From Balanoglossus misakiensis (lineage: Eukaryota > Animalia > Hemichordata), in contig CM082583.2 in the NCBI GenBank assembly GCA_040954595.2, positions 7,376,849 through 7,440,848 of the forward strand: 64,000 nt of DNA. Direction: 5' to 3'. A model generated the notes under the pieces. It was not told where the DNA came from, did not search any database, and saw nothing but the letters and a program-made list of their open reading frames with translations. Of this stretch, positions 1 through 13,927 are shown piece after piece. How positions within the stretch are numbered: the first letter of the stretch is position 1; each line of letters opens with the position of its first letter. Both the position numbers and the translations under genes were made by a program.

Positions 1-330
1 GATGCAAAATGATTTTATATTTCACTAAACATATATGCATAATTCTCTTATATTTCTATTATCTGGCTTTACATCATTTGAATCATATTTATTTGGATTT
101 CCATGTTGATAGCTTCTAGTACTCATGAGTCATTATACCATAAATATTCTTTATAATCCATACTATCACACCAAAATCTTCTTTATTGACTTCTACGTAG
201 AACTGTACAACAAATTCTTACAATGTCAAAGATATATGTTGTTTGTTTTTTTGTCCTCGGGAAGAAAGGTGACGGTGGGTTAATGGACGTGCTCTCTTTT
301 CACCCTTGAAAATTGTTAGAGCACACTTAC

Positions 331-3300
331 TTGACCGGCAGAACAAGTGGCTTCGTCTCTGTGGAATCTCCAATGAGGAGCATGACTCTTGATAGTGCAG
401 TCAATCCTCCACTTAAACAGAACGCGAGCTGATCTGCCTGAACCTATCCATGAAGCATAACAGAGAGACGTGAAAGAGGAAATGCACAGAACATTGGTCA
501 TTTTCGATTTAAAGCTCCACCAGCTGTAACTTTTCGCTATATTTTCAGTATTTTTGTTTTGTGTATCTGCCGCAGTTTCTTGTTCAAATCCCTGAAGCAT
601 GGTGAAATACCAAGTATTCTTGACACAAGTCTAGAACTACACTGACCTTTTTATCCAGAACTCTGGCGATTTCTCCCAAGGCTCGGTCCAGTGCTGATAC
701 TCTGTTGGCAGGCCATGGACCGCTTCCCTGGGTTTGTAAATACTTGTTGATATCTTTGACAACTTTTTGAAGCCTGTTAGAAAGAAAGACAAACAAAAAT
801 AACTCGAGAAAAGGAAGAACTTTATCACTTCAATACACAACCTGCAATTGCTAAGGAAAGTAGAAGACAGAAAATTGGTAAGCGATATTGAAACCAGGAA
901 GATTTTAGCTTTAAATAACAATTTTAGTATATTTATTTATTTACTACAACTTACTTTGCCTTATTTTCCGATTCCGTTCCAGCAGACCTGGACTGGACGT
1001 TGTTGTCGTAGACTTTGCCCTTTGAGGTCATCCTCTGGCGTATTTTCCGCGACCTCTTGCGGAATGCTCGCTGGCGTTCCTTCTCAGCCATCAGCTGTGG
1101 GTCCGGCCCGTCTTCCGGTGCATCGCTGATGTGTTTCACGGAATGGTTCTCCTGTTGTTTCGTCACCAGAAAAGTGCAAAAACCCACAAAATCTTGAAAT
1201 AACGAGTGACATTTCCTTCTACCCGACAAAATGACAAACACTGCTCCCCCCCCTCCTTCACTATGCTCACGTGGTACAACCCCCACTCAGCCCCACACTA
1301 CAGTTGGACCCAGGTACACGGAATTAGGGGTGAGGGTACTGATGTTGTTTGCTACTTACCAATTCTTCTTCGGTTAACGTTTTGCCTTGGAGACTCTCTT
1401 GGATCATCTCTTTGTGTTTCCTTCCATGTAAATGACTAAGTAGATAAACTTCAGAGGGAATCTGTCGAAATGAAAAAACAGGACAAAGTCACACAAGTGC
1501 TGTTCACATTTAAGTTTATTTTACTCTCCTATCACACAATGCATCATGTAGATGTCACTGAAATGAAAGAAGCAAAATTGGGGTGGACACTTGCAGTACT
1601 TGGCTCATTTTCTTTCAAAGCAAATTCAGAGCAGTAAACTTTAATTCTTGGCAAACACCAAAAATTTCCATCCAAGCCCACATACCAAAACATTACACAG
1701 TGTACACCGTTTCTTCCTCTCATAGGGCTTCTGTTGTGGTGCAATGTCGGTCGATGCAAAGTGTCTGAGCGTGCTCAGTTCCATGGCACGTTCGCGTCTC
1801 TCTTCAATCAGTTTGGAATGTCTTCTACTGCTTTCATCGTGCTGTGGTGTAGTGAAGACATAAAGATATGATATAAATCCTTCAATGAACCGGTACAACA
1901 ATATTTGGCTGTATAGCTGCATTGGTACGACAGGTTTGAGTTTTAATCCTATAAGATGGCATCAAAAATATGAATTTCCAGTCTATTCACCCTGCACAGT
2001 TACAGGACATAGATTATGTCCTCTCCATCTCTCAAAATACGTGTCCATTACCTTTTGTTGTATTTTCTTCTGTATTTCTTCCTCCTTGGCTTTCTGTGCA
2101 GCATCCAATGCAGCTAGCCTCATCTCTCTCTCCCTGTGACCAAAAACATAACCCAACCATGAATTCAGTACACGTACACTATCGGTTGATGATCCCGTCC
2201 CACATATTGTAAGAGACGATAATCGCAATACTACTTGCAATGCAGACACTTCAACCCTTGCACCCCATTTATCTTTGTAGAGGTCTGACTTTACAACAGA
2301 AAACAATAGATTTGGACCAAACCATGGTGATTTGTCTCAATGAACAGCAGTGACCTACCTGGCTTTCTCTTTGGCAAAATCCTCCCTTGCCTGGTCTCGT
2401 TGCAGTCTGATGTAATTAATTTTGGACGCCTGGTCTTCCCTGCTCCTCTGCATCATTTCCAGTTTGGCCAGCCTCTCTTCCTCCAACGCCTTCCTCCTCT
2501 CCTGCGGATATGAGGACAACCACAATCAGGATCTGGCTCATTTTCATAGCAAACACCAGTTCCAAATTGATAGACACACAAACAGAATAGTTTTGTGAAG
2601 AACTGCTTACAGCTTACATACTTTTCATCCACAAAAAATTTTTTTTTTAATTGTCCCTTGCTCTTTACACAGTGTATGTAAGCATTTGATGTAAAGATGA
2701 CTTATAAGTCCATTGAGCTGGGCAACCCAGAATGAGTTGCAATAATTAATATATTACTACTACCACATCCCAATGCACACGCAAGATAGCACAGCAAACA
2801 GATTCCAACAGAATACCAGACTCACAACAACGGTCCAAGAAAACCTTCTTGGCGTATTCCACCATCTAACTTACATGAGCAGCATCTTCCTTGGCAGCTT
2901 TCTCTTCCTGTTTTCTCTGCCTCTCCTCCTGTATGTCCTGCAACCGAGCCTCGTTGACCTCGTGCCGGGTCATGATGTCCAGTCTCTTGATCTGAGCTTC
3001 TAAACTGTTGATGAAGGCTATTTCATTCACCTGGGAATAAACAAAATGACAGGTTTACTTAACAACTCTCACTGCCACATCAGTATGATCAGTACATACA
3101 TGGAGTTTGTCATGCCGAATAACAGGTAATGTTAATCTCACGTTTCCCTTTGGGGGAAATACCTTAGCCTCTTCCTCTTGAGCTTTCTTGACAACAGCCT
3201 GTATTTGTTGCATCCTCTTTTCTTCTGCCTTCTTCAGTTTGTCATCCATCTCTTTCTTCTTCTGTCTGTACAGCTCCGCTTTCCAAGCTCTGACTTCGTT

Positions 3301-6300
3301 GATCTGAAAGGTGGGGAAATAGGACGGATTTCGGTCTTGACTGGTTCATCTCCTGTGCAACAGGGCCTTCACGATAGACATGGGGGAAGCTGCCATGTGA
3401 TGCAGTTATACTCAACCCTTCCAAACGTTCATGTTTACGGTTACATGAAATCTACCTGGAAAGTAATCTGTCACACCCAATTTTGTTGCTAATAGTGTCA
3501 AATTCAACTTTGAATTAATTCACTAATTTTCTTGTAAATATTTTATCGTTCTTCAATACAGTAATTATTATTTATTTCAAATCCAAGTATTCTGTGCAAA
3601 CAGGATTCACTGTCAAACCTGCCAGACCGATTAAGTACTGGTAATGAAGTAATAAACAGAGAATGCTTGCCAAAAACTGATCAATCTCTTACCCTTTCAT
3701 TCAGCATCCGTAATGTATGTTTCTTGTCTTCCGTCAGCTTTTCTCTCAGTTTGTGCGCCTTTTCTTGCTTCTCTTCATGACGTCGTTGCGATTCTGCTCT
3801 TGTCCTGAAGAAATCAAAATCAAAGAATATTAATATTTTTGCAAATTCTTTTCGCAGGTAAGCTGCCTCTTAGAGCAGACTATAACCTTTTCACCATCAT
3901 GGTTTGGTCCAACTCCATTGTTTTCAATGGCAGAGCTGGACCTCTATACAGGGAAACAGGGGTGAAATTTTCAAGTAGAAACTACATTTTTTTCATTTTG
4001 TGAATCAACCACTGTATCTTGTTTGATCGCAGGATGAAATCCCTGATATGAAGTTCAGTAAATAAGCAGCTGGCTTTGATCTTGTTGACAACTGAATCGA
4101 AATCCTGACTTTAATTGTTGACAGTCGCATTTTAAATTGACATTTCAACATGCTTTAGGGAGTAGAACAAGAAACTGTGGTTGATAGACAGACAGAATGA
4201 AGCATAAGGTTCTGGCAAATGGCACCTTTGATAATGACAGGGAATTTTAACGGCAGTGAGTAGGGTAACAGTGAGAAAAGCAGTTGGTCGATGTGATTAA
4301 AGAAGTAGTGTGGATAATTCTCTTGAGTCGCCAGTGAGTTTGTTGAGTCATATCATATGGGCTAAAAGGGCTCACTGATTGAATGATGATTAAGTTACAT
4401 GCATATCTCTTCACCGTCCCTGTGCCCACTATGGTGATATATATGCAAATCCACTGAAGAAATGCTTCTAAGTGAACAGGTGAAGATCAGAAAGAACCCA
4501 AGCTGTAACTCCCTAATCTAACCAAAATGTCATGTTCTTAATAGTCCAACTTACTACTAACAAACACCTGTGGTATATGCTATTTACTTGCTTCATAAAA
4601 GTTGGTCTACACTTTAATTGAAATGGAATTTTAATCAATATATATTTTCATGACAAAGTATGCATTTATCAAAGCATGTATCCTCTGTACTATATATCCT
4701 TAACCCTACTAGAAGTACTGTAATTTTGTTAAAACGCTTTGGTATTTTTATTAGTTCTGGTTTTAGAAACCTATTTCAAGGAACGTACCTGATCCTGCAT
4801 CAGAATATAAACAGAGTTTACAAGAAAATAAAATAGAAAAGGAAAGGGAAAAAAAATGTTACAGCTCACACAGATTCAGAATCACAAAGCCAGACTTTGT
4901 CTCTGAATTGCATGATCAAGAAATAAAAGCATTTTATGAGGTACATTCACTAGTCCCTGCTCTGTGTTATTTACATCCTACCCTACTTCAGGAAGTGTAG
5001 GGAATGAAGACAGATTGTAGGGAAACTGAGAATACTCAAATAGATAACACAGTGAATCTACCTCTGAAACACTGATCAAAATTATCAATTGTTTTCCTAG
5101 AAAGATACGAACGTAGCAAGGAAATTGACAGGGACTAAATCAACCTTGACCTTAAGAAACCAAGATGATGTACATCTCCAGAATTCACTGATGCCCATTT
5201 TTCGCTTGTTTACCTTTTCCTAGAGGGCGATGACAGTTTTTCGTGCATGTGTAATGCATGGCCGGGCGTTCTCTCTTCAAGTTCCACAATATCCCCCCAG
5301 GATGAGCTGTCTCTGGAATCGTACTGATCAATGATGTCGTTCCATTCCAGTCTCTGCGACAACTCCATGGAGCTGGCCGTGTTCTGGAAGAATGAAAATA
5401 AAAGAAACAACTCAGCATATTTTGCCTCTGAAGTGAACAATGCAACAATTCAGGGATGCAGACTTACGACTACAAACATAACAATTCCATGATTTTATTT
5501 TTCTCACCCCAAGATCGCTATCCTCTTCATTTTCTGTCTCCACATTGATTTCTTTGCTTTCCTCCTCTTCGATTTCTTTGGTCAAATTGGCTTCCTCTTC
5601 AATGGCCGACGCCAGTGCTTCTTCGTGGCATTTCTCCAGCTCGGTTGTTAGAGTCTCCTCGTCCAACACTGCAACCATGGCCTGGTGGGGAAAAGGCCCA
5701 AAACAACTATCTTAAATAACGAGTTTAAACTATTAGTAGTTTTTCTTCAGATCCAACTTGAGATGGCCCTCTCCCAGCAGTTCAACATGATTCAGGTAAA
5801 TGGTAGTAAATGTCATTGCTACAGAAACATATGCCATTTACTGCAACAACGATGACTACACAGTTTTATTTTGAGAATAGGAGACTTTTATCCATGACAT
5901 CCAGTGCCTAATGTTGAACTCGTCTCCCTTCTGCATCATACTTACACTATGCAACTGGGCAGCCAGTTCTTGAGTCTCTGTGCTTATGGTTGCTGATTCA
6001 CTCCCCTCTGCACTGAACTGAATACCCTCATCTGGACTACCCGAATCTGTTCCGCAGCAAAAGAGAAATTTTAAATTAGTAATCCTAGATGTTGCAGATT
6101 TAACCTCTTTGTCAAAATATATATTTCATATACACATGATTTTTGCAAATCGTAATAAGGACATACACAGACAGACTAACCAACAGACAGACAGATATTG
6201 ACAAACCTGCCACAGTCGCTGGCTCTCCACTGATGTCATCCTTAGACACTCCATCTGATCCAGTTTCTTTGTCGCCTGTCTCATCTTTCTCATCTTTTTC

Positions 6301-9300
6301 ATCTTTCACATCTTCTACAACATCCTCCAATTTGGCATCACCGCCTTCCTTATTTTTGATCACAAGCCCAATACGTAGAGTTGCCTTCAAATCCTTTTCC
6401 AGTTCACTGGCGCTCTTAGTCTCGCGCGTCGTCATCACATTCGCGCAGATCCGCTCCGGTTCGTTCTCTTTCTCACTGTCCGCTCTAGTCCTTCCCTCAC
6501 AACTCTTACAGTTTCTGGGCACGGGAAGCTGTTCATTGATTCTTCTAGGACCACTGCCGTTGCTGGAGTTTATATGCACCCTGGGTGAACTCTGCAATTG
6601 TCGGGGTTTGTTCTGTTTGGATTCCCTGTGTTTCCGCTGCACAGTTTCCCAACCATCGCCATCATCCAATCCTAGCATGAGAGATTTTGGAGTTAAAACT
6701 TTATCCTTTTATGTTCCTTATAACATATTCAATCATGTTCATGATTGTCTTTTTATCAGAATCCAAAGACAATTAATTTATCAATTTCATGTGTGACCTT
6801 AAAGTGGAACGACACCCTCAATTTTGGGCTTCAAAGTACAAACCGGGTGTCAAAAACGGCAACGTTCCGATGGGTTAATTCACTTTCACTTCCTGCGCAA
6901 GCAGAAGACGCGCGTTGAAAATACTACAGTGACGTCAGCAACTTACACGTTCGACGTGTCATTTCCAATAAACAGACACATTTTGCGCGGATCTGACATG
7001 GCGAAATGACAAGTTCATGATTTTAAAAACATATTCGGAAAATCGACGGGGATAAGTTTCTTTCAAAGGCAATGCTCTTCGTGTATTGTATTTGTCGATG
7101 CGTGCAGACATAGACCCTGCAATGTCCATGATGCCATGCATGTCGACGTTTATGAACAAACCGTAAGGCCTATACAAAGTTGTTCTAACTGCCGCTGATA
7201 ATAATAAACGTACCGTTTTAAATCCTTCCTGCACGTTTTTTGGTACACGTATTTGGGTTTAATTTCCATTTATTGACGATCGCATAGTTATCAAATGAAA
7301 GCAACTAAAAAGGGCAGTTTTAATACATTTCAAGAGACGAAACATGCATACAATAACTATAGTATTGGCTTCCATTATACTACGGACGTACTACACCTGG
7401 AGAGCAGGACGATGCACCTGCGTTCTTTTCAACTCCATAAAAGGTGACTAAGTATTTTTGTAAGAAAAGTGGTTCGAAAAGGTGACAACGAGGGAGAGAC
7501 AACGAGGGAGGGTATTGTTTAATTGCAGCATTGTCTGTTTCACCATAGACTCTAGGGTCTATGGTTTCACTGAAACCACACCAAGTGTAAGCCTTGAGAA
7601 ACGGGACACATCGGAGATCAGAACTGCATGAACTTTTGTCCTCTGTAAAATTCAGTCGCTTGGTCGTAGAAGGGAATCTCTGGTTCAAAATTGTAGCCTA
7701 CTACCCGAGAATATGTTGCCATGCTAACGTCGTCGGTCGCGTGAGTGCAGGCGTGTATAAGCATAAGCTCGCTCCAACGCGTCGGCAGCGGACAACGGTA
7801 CCAAAAGTTGCTGACGTCACTCACTTCCGGGTTCGCGCAGTTTTTTGCTGACTGTAGCTCTGTTATGCGTAAGTGAAAGTGAATGAAACCAACGTTTTTC
7901 ATAGTACTTTTTAATCGCATTTCGCAGAATTGGCTCAAAAACGGATCACAACGTTCCACTTTAATCTGTTTTCATTCGCTTTGAGAAAATTTAAAAATAT
8001 TTTAAAAATTTGTATTTCTGAATTAAAGTTTTAAAAGTTTGTCTGCATTGTCTGCATATGTATTTAGAATTACTGGGCCTTTAAGCGTGATCTCAGAAGA
8101 ACTTTCCATCAAGTCTTGCTGACACGCAACCATGATCTTCATTACCTTCTATGTTTTCATCTTTGACATCATTTTCCACAGCTGCAGATTTCCCTTCTTT
8201 GTCTGTCTCTTTTATAGTTTCCTGAACCTGTGCTGGTCTCGTGACAGCGCCCTTGACCTTGTCAGCCCAGCTTGACCCCGGCGAAGGTGATGAGGTCTTC
8301 ATCGGAGCCCTACAGTAATGTACCACATTATGTGAACCAGGTGAATTGTAGAAGTGTAGTAGGTCTGATATCACATTCTGAATACATGTATATCATTAAA
8401 ATTGTTATATTAAATGGAGTATCAAAATAAATTTATTCATGAAGCTTAGTCTCTTGTTATGATTTTATGTGTGGCACATAATTGCATGTTGTACTTGTTT
8501 TTTCCTGAAAAATAATTATTATTTTCTTAAGTTTAAGGTAAAATCAAAGAGCCATAGAAGCTTGAAAGAAGGCAGATAAAGAAAGACCACATTGGGTTAG
8601 AGCAATAAATAATTGGATTTTATATTTTATACATGTACAGTTGCATTACTATAGTTGTGATATAATCATTTGGAAAATAAATCTTAAATCCCTACAATGC
8701 CCATGCAGTTTGTTTTAGGAGGTCAATAATATCCTGGATATTATATTACATGTATCATGATTATAGCCCAAGGTTTTGGGACAAACCAATGAAATATATT
8801 ATCCCACAATATTGCAACAAATATTGTCTTTATATGAACAAAAATGCATTTTAACAGGTGGAACATTGATCTCCAGGTAAGAAATAGGCATACAATGAAA
8901 GATTATCAAAACGGTCGTAGAGGGCGCAAATGTCATTTTGGCGGCCATTTTGAATCTATGGGAAAACTTGGGAAAGTTCCAACTTGGGAAAGTTCCACTA
9001 ACCCTGGTTTGGCTACTCCAGCTGCAGCAAAGCTCAAACTTCTGTTGACAACAGGACTTGTTGATCCCTTATCTCCTCCAGAAGCTAACCCCAATGGTTT
9101 GCCTGGTGAGGTTTTCCGCACCTCCCACGCCAAAGATGTTGGCCTGAGAATGGAGAAAGTAACTTTGGTGAGTCGAGTTAACTTTTACAAAGTTTCGCAA
9201 GTTTTTTATTTCGTGGAGAGACAGATTTTAGATGAAAGCAGATGGATCTGAAGATGACAGAAGGAAAGTTATTTTGGGACAGTAAAGAATAGAGATGTTT

Positions 9301-12300
9301 GGTGATGACTGGCTGTGACATCTAATTAGAGTTAGTTTACTGGATTAGGTTATGAAAGTCTGGATGGCTGCATCCTTTATGTGAAGCTGAACAACTGGAG
9401 CCAGTTTTCAGTGATGGTCTCCATATTTCAACATTTTGCCAGTATTCCTTTAATACTTTGTGTCACTTCACCCTTTCACCACCATGGTTCAGTCCAAATC
9501 CATTGATTTCTACGGCAAGGTTGGACCTCTAAAGAGGGAACTGGGGGTGAAAGGGTTAAGTTATTTGATACCAACCAACATTTTTGACCTGCAACTTATT
9601 ATCACACTCATACATATACACAGAGTTCACTATCATTTCTCTTTCATGTGTGCTTTGCTTATGACATAGATATGCCCTGCAACCCCTTACTGATGGTATA
9701 ATTGGGATGGACCGTCTACACAACACAGTAGGGCCAAACCAAACACACAGTACATGGGGATGAGCACAGGTAAGACATTTTTGGACATGAATGTGAGAAT
9801 GTAGTGATGTTGTTCTCTGCATACTGTGTTGTTACACTCCATGTAGATGTTCTTCTCTGAAAGTATTACTTGATTTTTACCGAGATGATAATGACGGAAG
9901 TTAGATATAGCGAGCTGACAGAAATAAATGAGAAGCAAAGTTGTTCGCCATAGTGATAGGCATTCACTCTCTCCCGAGTCCTGCATGATTGGAAATTCAG
10001 AGATGAGATGACAGATTCAAAATTGGAATGACACAAAGTCTATGCAGAGAAGAAAGTGATCACAGCCATTGGCGTGAAACTTTTGCCTTTGCTCATTTAT
10101 TTCTGTGCACAGAAAGTATTGCCTTAGACTAAGAGACTTTAATACGTCTACAAGAACAATGTGACTACACATGCAAAATTATAGTTGTATGCAGAAAAGT
10201 ACCGACCGAGGGGAGAGAGGGGGCTCCCTGTGCCACCCATGTGGCCTTGTTTTACTTGGCGAGGATTTGCGCACTTCCCATACTAAGCAGGTCGGCCTGG
10301 TGATTGAACACACGATACACACATAGCAACAGAGTAGTTATACACAGCAAGACAGGCAAGAGTTTGAAAAACTTTGCAGGCATTTCACCCCATTATTTCA
10401 CGGAGATCGTATCGGAATAGCTGTTCGAATCAGAAATGTCAGGTGTTGTAGTGTAGGATGAGTGTGATGTTTAATATGTAGAAATGTGGTACGAAATGGC
10501 TTGTTTTAATGTCTCACTCCTGTGGTGTGTAATTTTCAAGTCTGTGATGTGATGTGGTGTTTTTGACTGTTCCCATGATTCCTAGAAAAAAATGAGAAAT
10601 ATACTGGAAGGCTCCTTGTGAGTGCTTGGATCAATTATTAAATTTGACATGACAAACAGCATGCAAAGCTTTAGATTGTCTAACACGCATGGACGGACAC
10701 ACACAGGAACACTGACAGACATAGACAGAAAACAACACACATCACAAATAACACATGTAGAGAGAACAATGACACTCAAATCATGTATATCATAACCTAT
10801 AATACCAATTTTAACTAAAGTGTTTCAAATGCTTTTGTTTGCAATTGGAAACATTTGGCAAAATACGCATTTCACAAGGTGTTATGAAAAATATTATGGA
10901 GTTTATCCATCAATGTTCATTTTTTTGCTAATTATCATCCTTTCAATTTTTTTTTTGATAAACTGTAGACTAAATACGTCAATTATTACATGTACATATT
11001 AATGACTTGCCTGTTTTGAACTTCAGTGTTTTCAAATGCTGTCTGTAACTGTATCCTTTCTATTAATGACTGAAAATCTCTCGTGCAATTTTTCAGCATC
11101 ATAATAACCTCCTGCAGGATATAGAAACATAAAACTCATTATCTTTTACTGAAAGCCAATTTTTCACCATCACTGATGAATCCTATTATGCTATACCAGA
11201 AGCCAAATGAACACCTGTACAATATACATTGCTGAAAATATATACCCAAAGACTACATCATGTGAATTTGTTTTGCAAATACTCAAATTGGATTTTATAT
11301 TTTATACATTTCCATTGCCTCGAAGAGTTCATACCTTGCATTCCACGATGCTTTCATCGGCCTCGCATGTCTGATATATTTCATCCACGGCTCTCTGGAG
11401 ATTATCAAACAAGAACGCCCAGTAGCGAGCCCGGACGTCCACCTTCTTGGCAGGTTTGACAGGGGAAGTCGGTTTATTCCGCCCCCCGCTGCCATCACGT
11501 ACAACTTTGGTCACTTTCCTCTGTGAGACTCTCTGAGAACTGCGAGGTTTTGGTTTCCGTGGTGACCTTGCTTTGGCAGCTGTGAGGATAACACAGAACT
11601 AGAGTCTTTAGTATTTGCTCATATTTTATTCAGGAACTAATCACTCACCCCTCTTAATACAGAATACAAATGGACTATAGGGTACATAGAAATGCAAGTA
11701 TTCCTATATGCATCCGTTTACTATTCTGTGTGAATTTGTTTGCTATAACATGACTAAATACGTGAACTTAAAAATACCAGATCTTAAATACTGAATCTAG
11801 AGACTGCCAAAAAATTCCATCAGTGCAAACCTTGGCCATCACTGTCATCGCTATCTTCAAATGGAACGCTCCATGCTACCAAGTTTCGTGCTGTGCGCCC
11901 TTCCTCTTCAACGAGTTTACGGATTTTGTCGTGACTGTTGGTCCTTTGGTAATTAGTCTGCAAATGAACAGACAGTCAGACCAGAATGCTTTAGTCCAAG
12001 AATCACAAACTGATTTAGACCAACTGGCCTGGCCAATTTTCCTCCATTACATGTCACTTTCCCATTCAGTGTGGGAATGTCCCTGTAAGTGAGGAAGCCT
12101 GGCAAACGCTGGGAACTGTCATGATAATATACGACCTACATATTAATACAAATCAAAATATTACATGCCCCCACACAAAATACTTCTTTACATACAGACA
12201 GACAGATAGAGAGATAGAAATTGATTGTCTATATAAATTGAAATATAAGCCTGACAATGACACTCTTGTTCAAATACATTCTCAAACAGGTCAGTATGTA

Positions 12301-13927
12301 CTGAAATAAAAACCGACAACAATAATCGTTGGTACTACCATGTTTTCTGTAGGGACAGTTTCAATATAATTGGAAATAAATCAGCATTGAACCGGTGCAT
12401 GGTTGGATAACAAATATGTGGTTCAACTAAAGTGACACTGACTGAGTTTCCAAAAATAGCTTTATGACCTTTGCCCCAGGAGGGAAATAATGAGATTACC
12501 TCAGCAGTGTATCTTACACATTGGTTTAGTTATCGAAGAAGGGTCTGTGGTTTAATGACAAAATTATCAAGCCAGACAGAAACTGACAATAATACTGTCA
12601 AGGAAACACATTCACCTTGTGTTATACATCATACTTTCAACGTCAGTGCTTGGTGACTTGAAAACGAATTATTTTGACGTCACATTTTTTAGTAATGTCA
12701 TAATTGAACATATTTTTCTTTGGTCACAGTTTCACTGCTGAATCATGAACTCGAAAGTGGAGCCATTTTGATAACAATTTTTTTTCTAACTTCAATATGA
12801 ACAATCTACAGAAATTACCACTGTAATCAGCAATGATATGTGATCATTCTGCCGTAAATTTCATGCCACAATGTTTAATACAATATTTACAAACTGACTG
12901 TGGTTGGTAACGTCAAAAACATTGTATGGGGACCGACACACAATGGGAAAATGGCTGATGAAGTATGGTTCGTTTATTCAAAGCTATTATACCAAGATTG
13001 CTAAGTGTATTGTCACCTCATTGTACAGTTCATAAGATAGGTACATCCTTGAAGAATTCCAGAAACCCTATTAACCAACCGTTTCTCACTGTCATTGTCA
13101 AGGTTACAGGAAGGTTAACCTACTTACCATTTTGCGGAAAACCCATGGGAATGAAAGTTGAAGTTTAGTGAGTTATGATGTTGATTTGGCTGAGGGCCAA
13201 TCTAAAGCTGTTGATCGTTGGATGAATGCGCAACCAGCTGATTTTATTCGCCGAGGTCAAATCGGACCGAGAACTTATATCGCACCGGTGACGTCACCAG
13301 GAGCATGAGCAGTCATGACAGTGTTAACGGGCGCAATTGACAAGTGTCGAGTTCAAAACAAGTGACATAACACAGTCATGATCTGTAGCAGACGCTGTCT
13401 TCGTCGTGACATGTCTGTAATAAAATTTACTCGGGGAGCCGAACTGACAACGGCTTTGTTTATGATGCCGGGGAAATTTATTGAACACTCTTTACAGAAA
13501 TCGCGCTCGTCAAACCGTCTAGTGGGTCCACCCATGATCCACCGTAGTGTTGCTACACTATTGTCGCTTATCTATCGTACCGTAACGATGTCAACCATAA
13601 AAGAAACATCAAGGAATATGGGTTAGGGAGTCGGGGGTCAAGACCAGTCCAATGAAGCGCGGGTCATTTGATTTTGCCACTGGCTCCGGCGCTCTGCACG
13701 GCACGGCAGCCAATACTCGCATTATTTTAAACACTGCAGTGCATTCAATGTACCCTAGACAAACAGATATGAACGGCACCGCTTGAAATACCTACCTTAT
13801 TGTAAGACGATGAAACGCCGGAATTTTTTGTCCGGCTTATTGAATTTACGTCTCTTTCACTCTTTTCACCGGCGCTGACAGGCCTTGATTTTCCGCCAGA
13901 ATTCCCTCTCCTTTTCCTCTCGCTCAT
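331..13927 (-). CDS. SCAPER: S-phase cyclin A-associated protein in the ER, multi-exon, 3'-truncated by the window edge
   Basis: Spliced exons give QRTNSHDKIRKLVEEEGRTARNLVAWSVP (11957-11831), RARYWAFLFDNLQRAVDEIYQTCEADESIVECK, RPTSLAWEVRKTSPG, RTPGHALHMHEKLSSPSRKR, a long coiled coil and the C2H2 finger CTLCNVL..HLHGRKH, all matching recalled SCAPER motifs. First coding exon 13927-13796; last visible exon ends at 331. Confidence 0.95.
2253..2330. mobile_element. Degenerate copy of a ~85-bp piggyBac-like MITE (reverse orientation)
   Basis: Reverse-complement similarity to 9471-9555 (caccatggtttggtccaaatc...acctct). Confidence 0.55.
3885..3968. mobile_element. ~85-bp piggyBac-like MITE copy
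   Basis: ccttttcaccatcatggtttggtccaactccattg...ggacctct...ggggtgaaa is collinear with 9471-9555. Confidence 0.65.
6803..7960. mobile_element. Non-autonomous Kolobok-like DNA transposon in a SCAPER intron
   Basis: TTAA target-site duplication (6799-6802 and 7961-7964). Termini AGTGGAACG...CGTTCCACT (AG...CT ends with TTAA are Kolobok-type). CpG-rich interior unlike the flanks; no transposase ORF. Confidence 0.75.
9471..9555. mobile_element. piggyBac-like MITE
   Basis: TIR CCCTTTCACC/GGTGAAAGGG, with TTAA on the right flank and TTCA on the left. Two related copies at 2253 and 3885. Confidence 0.7.
10207..10296 (-). other. SCAPER: Duplicated alternative SCAPER exon (PTCLVWEVRKSSPSK...)
   Basis: CAG acceptor, open frame in phase 2, paralogous to exon 9143-9003 (PTSLAWEVRKTSPGK). 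Donor is either GTCGGT (10206) or GTACTT (10202). Confidence 0.75.
13126..13298 (-). promoter_or_regulatory. Putative alternative SCAPER promoter and first exon (ATG|GTAAGT) with a CRE palindrome
   Basis: Minus strand reads ccgcaaaATG|gtaagt (ATG 13130-13128), phase 0 and compatible with exon 11957. GTGACGTCAC at 13289-13298 in a CpG-rich stretch. Confidence 0.6.

Noticed and set aside
6143-6796. 217-aa plus-strand ORF (and similar antisense ORFs at 8844, 35303, 35585, 50331, 53992, 57698)
   Set aside because: These are antisense shadows of real exons, low-complexity, with no independent domain.
10390-10581. Possible poison exon in SCAPER after a strong polypyrimidine acceptor
   Set aside because: It has stops in all frames and only a weak donor, so it cannot be distinguished from intron without transcript data.
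11051-11059. GTATCCTTT U12 donor-like motif
   Set aside because: It is on the antisense strand inside a SCAPER coding exon.
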